From a virus (Duplodnaviria; Caudoviricetes): 44,133 nt of DNA. Location: the IMG/VR virus record IMGVR_UViG_3300011338_000370, positions 1-44,133 of that record; one strand, written 5' to 3'. Shown here in pieces: positions 1 through 7,612 of the stretch. Below the pieces are notes generated by a model that made no database searches, had not been told where the DNA came from, and was given only the letters and a program-made list of their open reading frames with translations. The translations under genes were made by a program, and so were the position numbers. Position 1 is the stretch's first letter. Each line of letters starts with the position of its first letter.

Positions 1-189
1 TTGCCGCCGCGCGCGACGTCGACACCCATGCTGTCCATCGCGGGCTTCTTGTCCATCGGCTTCCACCGCGCCTGCGCTGCCTCGACCCACGCCGTTGGGA
101 TCACCTGCCACGGGTCGTCCTGCACGCCAGCATGGAAGTCGCCATGCAGCATCTGCGAACGCAGCGGCTCGGGCAGCGATTGCAGCTGC
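1..189. repeat. Terminal direct repeat / circular assembly overlap (copy 1)
   Basis: Bases 1-189 match 43945-44133 except C127 vs T44071. Confidence 0.95.
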
Positions 190-962
190 GCCATGTAGCC
201 CGTGTTGAGCAGGTAGGGGTTGTCGGTCACCCTGCTGGGGATGAACGTCCTGCTCTGCGGGATGATGTGGTCCGCGCCCACCGTGAACGGCTCGCCGCTG
301 TCGACCTCGACGTCCTCGCCATCGAGCGTCGCGAACCATCGCACCTCCCCAGGCTTCGCCGGTCGCGGGTGCTTCTTGTCCAGCCAAGGCGCAAAGTAGC
401 GCACTACCCACCTGCCCTCGACCGTCGTCGGCGGGTTGAACGTCATCACGACGCGGCACCGCTGCCCTTGCTCGGTCGTTCGCAGCCAGCCCATCAGGAA
501 GCGCACTGCCGACTCGCGCATGTTGGACGCCTCGTCGAACACGAGCAGGTCGTGCGGGCGGCCCTGATACTTGCGCTCTTCGTCGGGCGACGGGAACGAC
601 CCCAACTCGATCTGCACCGGAACCCGATCCCACCGCTTCATGCGCCAGATGCGGTCGGCCCCGTTCCATCCATCACGGTTGCCGAGCACGTCAGCCAACC
701 GGTCGACGATGCCGGTCAACTCGGTGCCGTTCTGTCGGAAGATGCCCACCCTTCGATGCCTCGTCACAGCCAGCCCAACGGCGAGGTCGGTCTTGCCACC
801 ACCTGCTGCGCCACCGTAGCCCACGACCGTCGCGCTCGACTCCAGTGCCTGCGTCTGCGGTCCAGGCAGCGGGGACCATGGCGGCGTCTCAGCGAGCAGC
901 CGGTCCAACTCGGCGCGCTCCTCCGGCGTCATCGCAGCCAGCACCTCGGGCTCGATCCTCAT
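1..962 (-). CDS. terL: Terminase large subunit, N-terminal ATPase part (continues across the junction to 43359; 515 aa in total)
   Basis: Not in the ORF track because it runs off the end. Read by hand from ATG at 962: MRIEPEVLAAM..., Walker A YGGAAGGGKT, Walker B DLLVFDEA. 962+586 nt = 516 codons, so it is in frame with the 43359 segment. ATGA overlap with the upstream gene. Confidence 0.93.
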   Translation of the reverse strand, partial: MRIEPEVLAAMTPEERAELDRLLAETPPWSPLPGPQTQALESSATVVGYGGAAGGGKTDLAVGLAVTRHRRVGIFRQNGTELTGIVDRLADVLGNRDGWNGADRIWRMKRWDRVPVQIELGSFPSPDEERKYQGRPHDLLVFDEASNMRESAVRFLMGWLRTTEQGQRCRVVMTFNPPTTVEGRWVVRYFAPWLDKKHPRPAKPGEVRWFATLDGEDVEVDSGEPFTVGADHIIPQSRTFIPSRVTDNPYLLNTGYMAQLQSLPEPLRSQMLHGDFHAGVQDDPWQVIPTAWVEAAQARWKPMDKKPAMDSMGVDVARGG

Positions 963-1282
963 CGGTAGCCCTTCGCCTGCCGCCTCGTGTCGCGCGTGCT
1001 CTTCGGTTGGTCTCCTCGCTTCACGTCCTTCAGCGGTTGCGTTCGCTTCGGTGCCACGTCGACCGCTGCCGGTGTCGCGTTCTCGATCTCATCGATCAGC
1101 AGCCAGACATAGTTCGCTGCCGCGACCAACGCTGTCTGCCACGACGTGTCCAGCGAGGGCCAGCCGTCCACTGCTTCGAGCTTCTCGCGCGTGGTCGACG
1201 ATAGGTAGCCCTTGACGATCGCGAGATCCAGCGAGCTAGGAGGCGGCTTCCCGGGCCAGCCAGCGAACAGCGTCAGCAGCAT
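959..1282 (-). CDS. Hypothetical protein, 107 aa (MLLTLFAGW...)
   Basis: Start re-called to ATG 1282, which overlaps the upstream stop (TGATG). Its stop overlaps the terL start. Confidence 0.7.
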   Translation of the reverse strand: MLLTLFAGWPGKPPPSSLDLAIVKGYLSSTTREKLEAVDGWPSLDTSWQTALVAAANYVWLLIDEIENATPAAVDVAPKRTQPLKDVKRGDQPKSTRDTRRQAKGYR

Positions 1283-1896
1283 CAGTATTCGTAGCCGGTG
1301 ATGGTGACGTCCCACGTCGGGGCGTTGGTCGTGAACGTTGCCGCTGCGGTCACGCCGAACTGGAGCGTGCCGTCGCCGACGATCTCGGGACCGTCGCCAC
1401 TCCACGTCAGCGTGTAGCGATCCCATGCGCTGGCGGTAGCCGGGGTTGCCGAGCGTGCTGCCAGCATCACTGCGCTGCTCGTCGTCACCGCGCCGCCCGT
1501 GTTCACGCGAAGGCTGAACGTCGTCGTCTGCACCGTGGCCGTGGCGTTGCCGCGCGTCGCCACGCTGAACGACGTCAACCTGAACCGCTTGCCAGTGCCC
1601 GGGGCGAAGGACGTGCCAGTCGTCACCGTCGCGCCGGGAGCGTTCGACCTGGACAGCGTGATGGCCGTCTCGACGCCGGTCGCGCCTGCTGCGGCAGCCA
1701 CCGCCCAATAGGCCAGCACCGTGCGGTCGTGGTCCATGGTCAGCACGGGCATCGGGTTCGCCTTGCTGACGTCGCCGTCGTTCACCCCGTCAGCCCCATG
1801 CACGAGCTTCACGCGCTGGAAGGAGACGCCGCCGATGTCGTCGGCCGCGATGATCGAGCCGCCTGCGCCCGCGTTCAACTGCACGTTGTCAGCCAT
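1282..1896 (-). CDS. Putative virion-associated beta-rich protein, 204 aa (MADNVQLNAGAGG...)
   Basis: Thr/Ala/Gly-rich. The N-terminus ADNV..AADDIGGV..QRVKL..GADG.NDGDVS.ANP.PV is a motif I recognise from uncharacterised phage structural proteins. Confidence 0.6.
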   Translation of the reverse strand: MADNVQLNAGAGGSIIAADDIGGVSFQRVKLVHGADGVNDGDVSKANPMPVLTMDHDRTVLAYWAVAAAAGATGVETAITLSRSNAPGATVTTGTSFAPGTGKRFRLTSFSVATRGNATATVQTTTFSLRVNTGGAVTTSSAVMLAARSATPATASAWDRYTLTWSGDGPEIVGDGTLQFGVTAAATFTTNAPTWDVTITGYEY

Positions 1897-2314
1897 CGAT
1901 GTCGTCCTCGTCGTCCTCGTCGCCTGCTGCGGTCGCCTGCTCTGCCATGCCCAGCGCGTCGTCCATGGCATGCGCCAGGGCTCGGCCGATGCTGCTCGCC
2001 CCGTAGGCCACCGCCCACTGGTCCTCCGCTTCGACGCCCACCTCGACCCAGCCGTAGCGCGGCACGTCGACGCCGATGGACCATCCACGGTCGCATGCAA
2101 GGGCGAACAGGTCGTAGATGCGCTCGTCGTCGTCGTAGTCGGCTGCGTCGGGCATGGTGAGGCAGCCACGAGCCCAGCCTGCTCGCACGCTCGACGGCTT
2201 GCCGTCGCCATCCCAGTGCGCCTCATATACGCCCTGCACCCATCCGCATGCAGCAGCAAGGCGCGCGTTCCTCGCCTCCGCCTTGGCGTCCATAGGCTCG
2301 CCTGCGCGCTTCAC
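1889..2314 (-). CDS. Hypothetical acidic protein
   Basis: GTGA overlap with the terS stop, and an acidic tail DEDDEDDIDG. Confidence 0.65.
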   Translation of the reverse strand: MKRAGEPMDAKAEARNARLAAACGWVQGVYEAHWDGDGKPSSVRAGWARGCLTMPDAADYDDDERIYDLFALACDRGWSIGVDVPRYGWVEVGVEAEDQWAVAYGASSIGRALAHAMDDALGMAEQATAAGDEDDEDDIDG

Positions 2315-2811
2315 TGCTGGCCCCCCTGCGTCGGGTCGACCTGCTCGGGGATCGCAGCCTGCGCGGGCTCCTGCGGCTCCACAGCCACCTGCACTCGGCC
2401 GCGCGCGGCATCGAGGATGCGCTGGATGCGAGCAGCACGGTCAGCGTCGTCACGGATGACGATGGGCGCATCGGCATCGCCCTGCACCGTCACGCGGTCG
2501 CCGTAGACAGTCGGCACCAGCTTGCTCAGCACCCACTTGCGCGCGTCGACCCTCAGCCGGTCGCGAGCAGGGTCGCCTTCACCGTCCGCGATCTCGACGA
2601 TGTCCTCCGCCCAGACAGCAAGCTGCACTCTGCGCGCGTGCGCGTAACGACGGGCAAACTCTGGATCTTGCAGCTGCCAGTCGAGCACTTCACGAGTGCC
2701 GATCCCTGATGCCCTGATGCCCTCGCCTCTGCACAGTGCAGCGAGCACTCGCTCCTGCTGCTCTGCGCGTCGCTCCAGGTTGCGCGGCCGTCCGCTGCGC
2801 TTCGTCGTCAC
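2311..2811 (-). CDS. terS: Terminase small subunit (Sf6 gp1-like)
   Basis: N-terminal GRP, W..DPEF..RY..AR, EIAD, and the RLRVDARKWVLSKL.P..YGD signature. Lies upstream of terL. Confidence 0.88.
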   Translation of the reverse strand: MTTKRSGRPRNLERRAEQQERVLAALCRGEGIRASGIGTREVLDWQLQDPEFARRYAHARRVQLAVWAEDIVEIADGEGDPARDRLRVDARKWVLSKLVPTVYGDRVTVQGDADAPIVIRDDADRAARIQRILDAARGRVQVAVEPQEPAQAAIPEQVDPTQGGQQ

Positions 2812-3038
2812 GGCTCGACCCTCACCCAGCTATCGGCGCGAACTGCACGGCGTGAGTAGCTGCACCAGGACTGCACAGTCGAGCGCGGCAATCCGAACCG
2901 GCGAGCGAGCCTGCGAAGGCCCAGGCCCTCAATCTCATGCGCATCGCGAACAGCGCGCACCACGGCATCGGCAACGCGGGCGCGCGGGTGAGTCTCACCG
3001 CATCTGCGACCTGCTTCGGATCGAGCGACCATCGGCAT
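2808..3038 (-). CDS. Small HTH DNA-binding protein
   Basis: GETHPRARV...VRAVR...LRRLARRFGLPRSTVQSW helix-turn-helix pattern, coupled to terS. Confidence 0.75.
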   Translation of the reverse strand: MPMVARSEAGRRCGETHPRARVADAVVRAVRDAHEIEGLGLRRLARRFGLPRSTVQSWCSYSRRAVRADSWVRVEP

Positions 3039-3062
3039 GGCACCGATGTAGCCGCTCGCAGA

Positions 3063-3206
3063 TCACCGCGCCACTGGTATGCGGAAGCGAGCAGCGGTCG
3101 CGTCTGCGGTCTCGATCTTCCAAGCGAGCAGAGGCAGCGTCAGCACTACGAGCGCGCGGAGCAGCCAACGCTCGATCGGATGCATGCCTATGTGTCGGCT
3201 GCTCAT
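3063..3206 (-). CDS. Small single-TM membrane protein, 47 aa
   Basis: ATG 3206 overlaps the upstream TGA. Hydrophobic stretch WLLRALVVLTLPLLAW. Confidence 0.55.
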   Translation of the reverse strand: MSSRHIGMHPIERWLLRALVVLTLPLLAWKIETADATAARFRIPVAR

Positions 3207-3310
3207 GGTGGGGTGATCGTCCACCAGATCGCCACGCAGGCCGCACAGAGCAGCAGCGTGAGGATGACCACGGCCGGATGCTCGCGGTCGACGTCTGCGG
3301 GGCGGCTCAT
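3203..3310 (-). CDS. Small single-TM membrane protein, 35 aa
   Basis: ATGA-coupled on both sides. Hydrophobic stretch AVVILTLLLCAACVAIWW. Confidence 0.55.
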   Translation of the reverse strand: MSRPADVDREHPAVVILTLLLCAACVAIWWTITPP

Positions 3311-3534
3311 CGAGACCTCCGCAGCAGGATCGCGCCGACAGCGTTCCGGCCGCTGTCGTTCTGCGCATCGGCCTCGCACTCCCAGACTAGCGTGCGGTCG
3401 CCACCGTCGAGCAGGTCGCCAGGGTGACCCACCACCACGTCGCCGAGCATTTCGCCCAGCAACGCGACGGCAGTCTCGTAGTCCTCCCCCAGGGCGAACG
3501 TCGCGCCCGTGGCAAGTTGTAGGACGTAGCTCAT
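3307..3534 (-). CDS. Hypothetical protein, 75 aa (MSYVLQL...)
   Basis: ATGA overlaps at both ends and globular-looking composition. Confidence 0.65.
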   Translation of the reverse strand: MSYVLQLATGATFALGEDYETAVALLGEMLGDVVVGHPGDLLDGGDRTLVWECEADAQNDSGRNAVGAILLRRSR

Positions 3535-3896
3535 CGGCGTGCCTCGCAAACGCGAACCAAGCGAGGCAGGCGCAACTCCAGGCCCTCGTCGGCCACCTGC
3601 GCAACAAACATCTCGATCTGCTCGCGCAGGATCGGGATGCGGTGCGGATCCGACAGAAGCTCGATGGTGTCGGGCAGGTCGGCAAAGTCGCGCGCGATGG
3701 CGTTCGCGCACTCGATCGCAGCGACGCACGTCAAGCGCACCGCAGCCAGCGCGACGTCCTCCGCTTCGCGCGAAGGGCGCGAGCGCAGAAACTGCCCCAG
3801 GCTGCACTCGGGCTCGTGCCAGTCTCCGACGCTGCTGATCGCGGCATCGAGACGGTTCAGGCGCACGGCGCGCGCCTCCCAACGCGCGGAGGTCAC
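3531..3896 (-). CDS. Hypothetical protein, 121 aa
   Basis: GTG 3896 overlaps the upstream TGA. Confidence 0.6.
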   Translation of the reverse strand: MTSARWEARAVRLNRLDAAISSVGDWHEPECSLGQFLRSRPSREAEDVALAAVRLTCVAAIECANAIARDFADLPDTIELLSDPHRIPILREQIEMFVAQVADEGLELRLPRLVRVCEARR

Positions 3897-4150
3897 TTGG
3901 CACCTCCGACGTAAAACCACGCCAACTGGGGATCGTCGGCATCCGGTGCATCGTCGGCAGCGATGCCAACGGCGCGCGCGTAGCGGACCCAATCCTGCAC
4001 GAGCCAACGCTTGTATCTGCGGGCGGACACCCACCCGCCTCCATCCTCGTCGCGCTCCATCGGCACGCAGCCGTCATGCGGCGGCGTGCCCACGATTGCC
4101 AAAGTAGCCGTTCCGTCTAGGTTCTCGATCAAGTTCGTGTTGCAGATCAT
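3893..4150 (-). CDS. Hypothetical early protein, 85 aa
   Basis: Preceded by a GAACCAGAACC leader directly abutting the ATG. Confidence 0.7.
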   Translation of the reverse strand: MICNTNLIENLDGTATLAIVGTPPHDGCVPMERDEDGGGWVSARRYKRWLVQDWVRYARAVGIAADDAPDADDPQLAWFYVGGAK

Positions 4151-4186
4151 GGTTCTGGTTCTCTGTTGTGGTTCGTGGTTCGGGGA

Positions 4187-4525
4187 TCAGAAAGGCAGCT
4201 CGTTCGCGTCGGCCTCAGGCTCGACCAGATCGATGATCAGCACCGCGCGGAACTGGTCCGTGTAGTAGTCCTGGCGACGCTCCTGCTCGGTCGCGTAGAA
4301 CGTGATGAAGCACGGGTGGCCTCCGGTGACGTAGCCCTGCGGCAGATACAGGCCGACCACGCGATGCGCGTCGGCCAGCGATCCGACCACGATCTTCTGC
4401 TCGTGCGTCGCGACGGTCGTGTCCGTGTAAACGTCGCGCGACCAGTCGTGCGTGATCGTCTCGTGCTTCGTCTGGCAGCCAAGGTAGAGCGTGTAGGTCA
4501 GGATCTTGCTCGTGTTCGTCGTCAT
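4187..4525 (-). CDS. Hypothetical early protein, 112 aa
   Basis: Has its own promoter and GAACC-type leader. Confidence 0.75.
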   Translation of the reverse strand: MTTNTSKILTYTLYLGCQTKHETITHDWSRDVYTDTTVATHEQKIVVGSLADAHRVVGLYLPQGYVTGGHPCFITFYATEQERRQDYYTDQFRAVLIIDLVEPEADANELPF

Positions 4526-4570
4526 GGTTCTGTTCTCGTTTCGTTTGGGGTTCTGGTTCCGGGGGCGCGG

Positions 4571-4599
4571 AAGGTATCGACCGCGCGCGCTCCCGTCAA
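4571..4599 (-). promoter_or_regulatory. Sigma70-type promoter TTGACG-17-TACCTT, with an inverted repeat enclosing the -10
   Basis: -35 at 4594-4599, -10 at 4571-4576. Arms GCGCGG 4565-4570 and CCGCGC 4581-4586. Confidence 0.75.
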
Positions 4600-4603
4600 G
4601 CAG

Positions 4604-4942
4604 TCATTCCAAGATTCTTTGCTCGACCTCGGCCAACAGGTAGGTCGCGTCGCTGCGCGTGCCAGTCAGCACGCCTGCGCGCACTCGGCCGACCTCGCCC
4701 CGCTTGCCGTCTGCCTCCAAGGCCAGCGCACCATGCCGCTGCGCCCATGCGTCGACCGCCCCAAGGATGCGGTCGACGTGGTTCGCCGCGTGATCGTAGG
4801 GCACCGTGATGCGCGCGCGCGTGCCGCGCAGCGTGCCACCGTCGACAACGTATCGGCTGCCCAGCCTATCGGTCGGGCCGCGGTAGACGACGCGCAGCAG
4901 CACGCGCGTGACGTTCGAGCCGCTCACCTCGACGCGGCTCAC
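4604..4942 (-). CDS. Hypothetical early protein, 112 aa, with a Y.GPT...GSR motif
   Basis: GTG 4942 overlaps the upstream TGA. YRGPTDRLGSR resembles a recurring small phage protein family. Confidence 0.65.
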   Translation of the reverse strand: MSRVEVSGSNVTRVLLRVVYRGPTDRLGSRYVVDGGTLRGTRARITVPYDHAANHVDRILGAVDAWAQRHGALALEADGKRGEVGRVRAGVLTGTRSDATYLLAEVEQRILE

Positions 4943-5286
4943 TCTGCCACCTCCGCGTCGTCGGCTTGCAGCTCTTCGCGCACCTCTTCCAGCACGTCCA
5001 GCACGTCGGCGAGCATCGCCCAGTAGGCTGCGCGCGTCAGGCACTCCTGCACGCTGCTGACGCCAGCAAACGCCTCGTTGCCCATGTGGTCGATTATCGC
5101 GTCCTCGTTCTGGCTGACGAGGCAGACGAAACGCGCGCGGCCGTGGTAGATCACCCACTCGCTGCCGTCCACGCTCTCGTGGATCGCGTCCTGCTCGTCG
5201 ATGCCCTCGCGCTGCGCGGTGCGGATGGCCTCGGCCGCGATGGTGCGGCACGTCTCACGGTAGTCGATCTCGCTGTAGTCTGACAT
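4939..5286 (-). CDS. Ocr (T7 gp0.3)-like acidic DNA-mimic candidate, 115 aa
   Basis: About 27 D/E versus 8 R and no K. DAIHESVD...Y parallels Ocr DAIHMAAD...YY. Acidic C-terminal helix. AGGAG 9 nt before the ATG. Confidence 0.6.
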   Translation of the reverse strand: MSDYSEIDYRETCRTIAAEAIRTAQREGIDEQDAIHESVDGSEWVIYHGRARFVCLVSQNEDAIIDHMGNEAFAGVSSVQECLTRAAYWAMLADVLDVLEEVREELQADDAEVAE

Positions 5287-5317
5287 GGTTCTAGTCTCCT
5301 GTTCTGGTTCGGGAGGT

Positions 5318-5599
5318 TCATTCCATACGCGCCACAACGTGCGGCGCGAGCGGTTCGGTGCCTTCGGGCAAGAACACGGTCGTCGTCCCGACGATGTTGC
5401 CGTCGTCGTTCCGGTCGTTCACGGTGACCGCGACCGCGTTGCCGTTGTCGTCGCAGATCACTCGGCGCACGACCACCACGTTGCCGCGTTGGCAGGCCAC
5501 GCAGAATGCGCGGCACTGGTAGTGCCACTGGTCGATCCACACGAGCGTCATGCCGAGGTTGCAGCGCGAGCAGTCGAGGATGTTCTTCGTCGTCTTCAT
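5318..5599 (-). CDS. Cys-rich putative Zn-binding early protein, 93 aa
   Basis: CSRC ... CRAFCVAC. Start re-called to ATG 5599, after the GAACCA leader. Confidence 0.65.
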   Translation of the reverse strand: MKTTKNILDCSRCNLGMTLVWIDQWHYQCRAFCVACQRGNVVVVRRVICDDNGNAVAVTVNDRNDDGNIVGTTTVFLPEGTEPLAPHVVARME

Positions 5600-5642
5600 G
5601 TTCTGGTTCTCTCTGGTTCTGGTTCTGGTTCGGGGAGCGCGC

Positions 5643-5671
5643 ACGGTAGCAACCGCGCGCGCCGTTGTCAA
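5643..5671 (-). promoter_or_regulatory. Sigma70-type promoter TTGACA-17-TACCGT, overlapped by a hairpin
   Basis: -35 at 5666-5671, -10 at 5643-5648. Inverted repeat 5637-5662 (10 of 11 bp). Confidence 0.8.
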
Positions 5672-5962
5672 CTACAGCGCGGAGTCCGTCTCCTTCACGG
5701 CTCGCAGAATCTCGCGCGCCGTCGTCTCGCGGTCCCAGTAGTCAGCCGTGCGCGACGACATGACTCCGTCGACGTAGTGCACTTGGTAGGCGTCGCCGTC
5801 CCATCCGGCATCGGCGACATGGGGCATCGCGCGCAGCTTCGCGATCACGTTCTGGCTGTAGCGCGGCCGACGGAACGGGTTGCTGCGACGGACGACGATG
5901 CGCTGGCCGAACACGTCGGACAGCAGGCCGGGGATCAGGACGAACGAATCGGACTTCTTCAT
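5672..5962 (-). CDS. Hypothetical early protein, 96 aa
   Basis: Has its own promoter and leader. Confidence 0.7.
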   Translation of the reverse strand: MKKSDSFVLIPGLLSDVFGQRIVVRRSNPFRRPRYSQNVIAKLRAMPHVADAGWDGDAYQVHYVDGVMSSRTADYWDRETTAREILRAVKETDSAL

Positions 5963-6015
5963 GGCTCTGTCTCTCTGTCTGTTTCAGGTTCTGGTTCGGA
6001 AGTGAACCGACGCGG

Positions 6016-6044
6016 AAGGTATCGGCCACCCGCGCCGGTGTCAA
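6016..6044 (-). promoter_or_regulatory. Sigma70-type promoter TTGACA-17-TACCTT, with an inverted repeat enclosing the -10
   Basis: -35 at 6039-6044, -10 at 6016-6021. Arms 6006-6015 and 6030-6039 (9 of 10 bp). Confidence 0.8.
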
Positions 6045-6048
6045 CAGG

Positions 6049-6897
6049 TCATTCCTGGATTTCTGAGATAATCCTGCGGACCTTGGTCGGCCGGAGGCCG
6101 GTGCCTACGTGCTGCGCCGCGCTGCGCTGCTCGACCGTGGCGGTGACGTCGATGCGGTCACCGGCAGCCACGTCCCAGGTGCACCAAGAGCCGCCGCGCA
6201 GGCGCAGGATCCACGGGCCGGTCGACGCCTCGACGCGGATGTCGACGAGGTGCGTCGCATCCCAGGCCGACTGCGCGACCCACGAGCGGACCACGGTGCC
6301 GACGACACGAGCGCGACCCTCGGGGACCGGTCCCCACTGCGTCGTCGTCTCGACGTGCAAGCGCAACACAAGATCGACCTGCTTCGGGCTGATCCTGCCG
6401 CAGTGCGCGAAGTGCGCCGCGATCTCGCGGACGATCTCGTGCTCGCAGCGGAGAGCCTCGGCGAGGCCGGGATGCGCGGCGAGCGTCGTCGAGCGCAGGT
6501 CAGCAGCCACCGCTGCCTCGTATTCCTCGCGCTCGGCACGGCGAGCAGCAACGTCGGCTGCCGATGCGCGGATGCGCTGAGTGCGCTCGACGTCGCGGCG
6601 CGCGCGGACAGCAGCGGCGCGCAGCGTGGTGCCGTCGCTGCCCAGGCGGCGGATGCAGTCCTGGCCGACGATGCTGCGCTTGCCGTCCTGGCTCTCGACC
6701 GCGAAGCAGTGCGCGATGCCCTGCCCGCAGTAGTCGCAGGTTCCCATCGGCTGCCCAGGCGCACCCACCTCGCTGCCGTCGTCGCAGCGGATCGGGCCGC
6801 GGCTCTCGTAGTAGCCCGCAAAGCGGAACGGCGCGTCGCCGAGTCCGGCCTTGGTCCACGGGTGCAGGGTCGTGTTCGTGTTCGTGTTCGTCGTCAT
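6049..6897 (-). CDS. Early protein, 282 aa, with an N-terminal Zn-finger (CDYC...H/C...C) and a possible C-terminal OB-like beta domain
   Basis: HPW.KAGLG.APFRF start, GTCDYCGQGIAHC...VGQDC, and a beta-rich C-terminus after PEGR. Confidence 0.7.
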   Translation of the reverse strand: MTTNTNTNTTLHPWTKAGLGDAPFRFAGYYESRGPIRCDDGSEVGAPGQPMGTCDYCGQGIAHCFAVESQDGKRSIVGQDCIRRLGSDGTTLRAAAVRARRDVERTQRIRASAADVAARRAEREEYEAAVAADLRSTTLAAHPGLAEALRCEHEIVREIAAHFAHCGRISPKQVDLVLRLHVETTTQWGPVPEGRARVVGTVVRSWVAQSAWDATHLVDIRVEASTGPWILRLRGGSWCTWDVAAGDRIDVTATVEQRSAAQHVGTGLRPTKVRRIISEIQE

Positions 6898-6941
6898 GTT
6901 CGTTCGTCCTTTCTGGTTCTGGTTCTGGTTCGTGAGTGCGC

Positions 6942-6970
6942 AGTAGAGCGACCGCTGCGCTCGGCGTCAA
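6942..6970 (-). promoter_or_regulatory. Probable promoter TTGACG-17-TCTACT with inverted repeat
   Basis: -35 at 6965-6970, weaker -10. Arms GCGCAG 6938-6943 and CTGCGC 6955-6960. Confidence 0.6.
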
Positions 6971-6980
6971 GCGTCTCGCG

Positions 6981-7277
6981 TCAGAATCCGCGAGCTTCGT
7001 AGCTCTCTTCGTAATCTGCCACGCCTTCGCGCGGGTCGACGTCGTCGATCCCTGCGAGGGAGTCGAGCGTCGGCCAGACGATGTCGGTGTCGAGGTCGAC
7101 GTAGGCGTGTTCGCCGCGAGCGAGGTCCACGCAGTAGAGCACGCGGCGGCCGCAGTATTCGAACGGCACCTCAGTGCCGCCTGCGGCGGGCACCCAGCCG
7201 CTGCGGTAAACGCGGGCCACCCATGCTGCGGTGGACTCGCCGGGGAGAATGCTGCCAGGGATGCGGAAGGGCGTCAT
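6981..7277 (-). CDS. Hypothetical early protein, 98 aa
   Basis: Start re-called to ATG 7277, downstream of a promoter. Contains WVPAAGGTEVPF...GRRVLYC...HAYVDLDTDI. Confidence 0.7.
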   Translation of the reverse strand: MTPFRIPGSILPGESTAAWVARVYRSGWVPAAGGTEVPFEYCGRRVLYCVDLARGEHAYVDLDTDIVWPTLDSLAGIDDVDPREGVADYEESYEARGF

Positions 7278-7320
7278 GTGTATGCCTATCGGTTCGGGTT
7301 GGGGTTCGGGTTGAGTCGGC

Positions 7321-7348
7321 AGAGTAGGATCCTGGCGCACGGTGTCAA
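7321..7348 (-). promoter_or_regulatory. Sigma70-type promoter TTGACA-16-TACTCT
   Basis: -35 at 7343-7348, -10 at 7321-7326. Confidence 0.7.
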
Positions 7349-7612
7349 GTCGCTCGTCGCAGAATCTTGCGCAGCATGCCAGAATCCGCGCGCGGGCCGG
7401 TGCCGGTCCGTCGACGACGCGGCGCGCGACGACCGTCCACGGGCCGCTGCGGGGTGGCCGCGTCGTCGCTTCTTCCCGGCGCGCCCAGGTCGCTCGACCG
7501 TCATATACGGTGCAGCGACACGAACGAAAACCGACCTGCTTTGGTTTCGCGGCCCGACACACTGAGAGCATGCGTCTGCGCATCTCGATCAGCGGGGCGA
7601 ACGGAAGATAAA

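Noticed and set aside
132-968. Plus-strand 278-aa ORF and the many other long antisense ORFs (for example 5285-6580 and 17565-18884)
   Set aside because: They are shadows of real minus-strand genes in GC-rich DNA, with Arg/His-rich composition and no motifs.
4151-7312. GAACCA repeats as a CRISPR array or LexA boxes
   Set aside because: The units are short and irregular and are separated by whole genes. The 6-nt period does not fit GAAC-N4-GTTC or GAAC-N7-GAAC.
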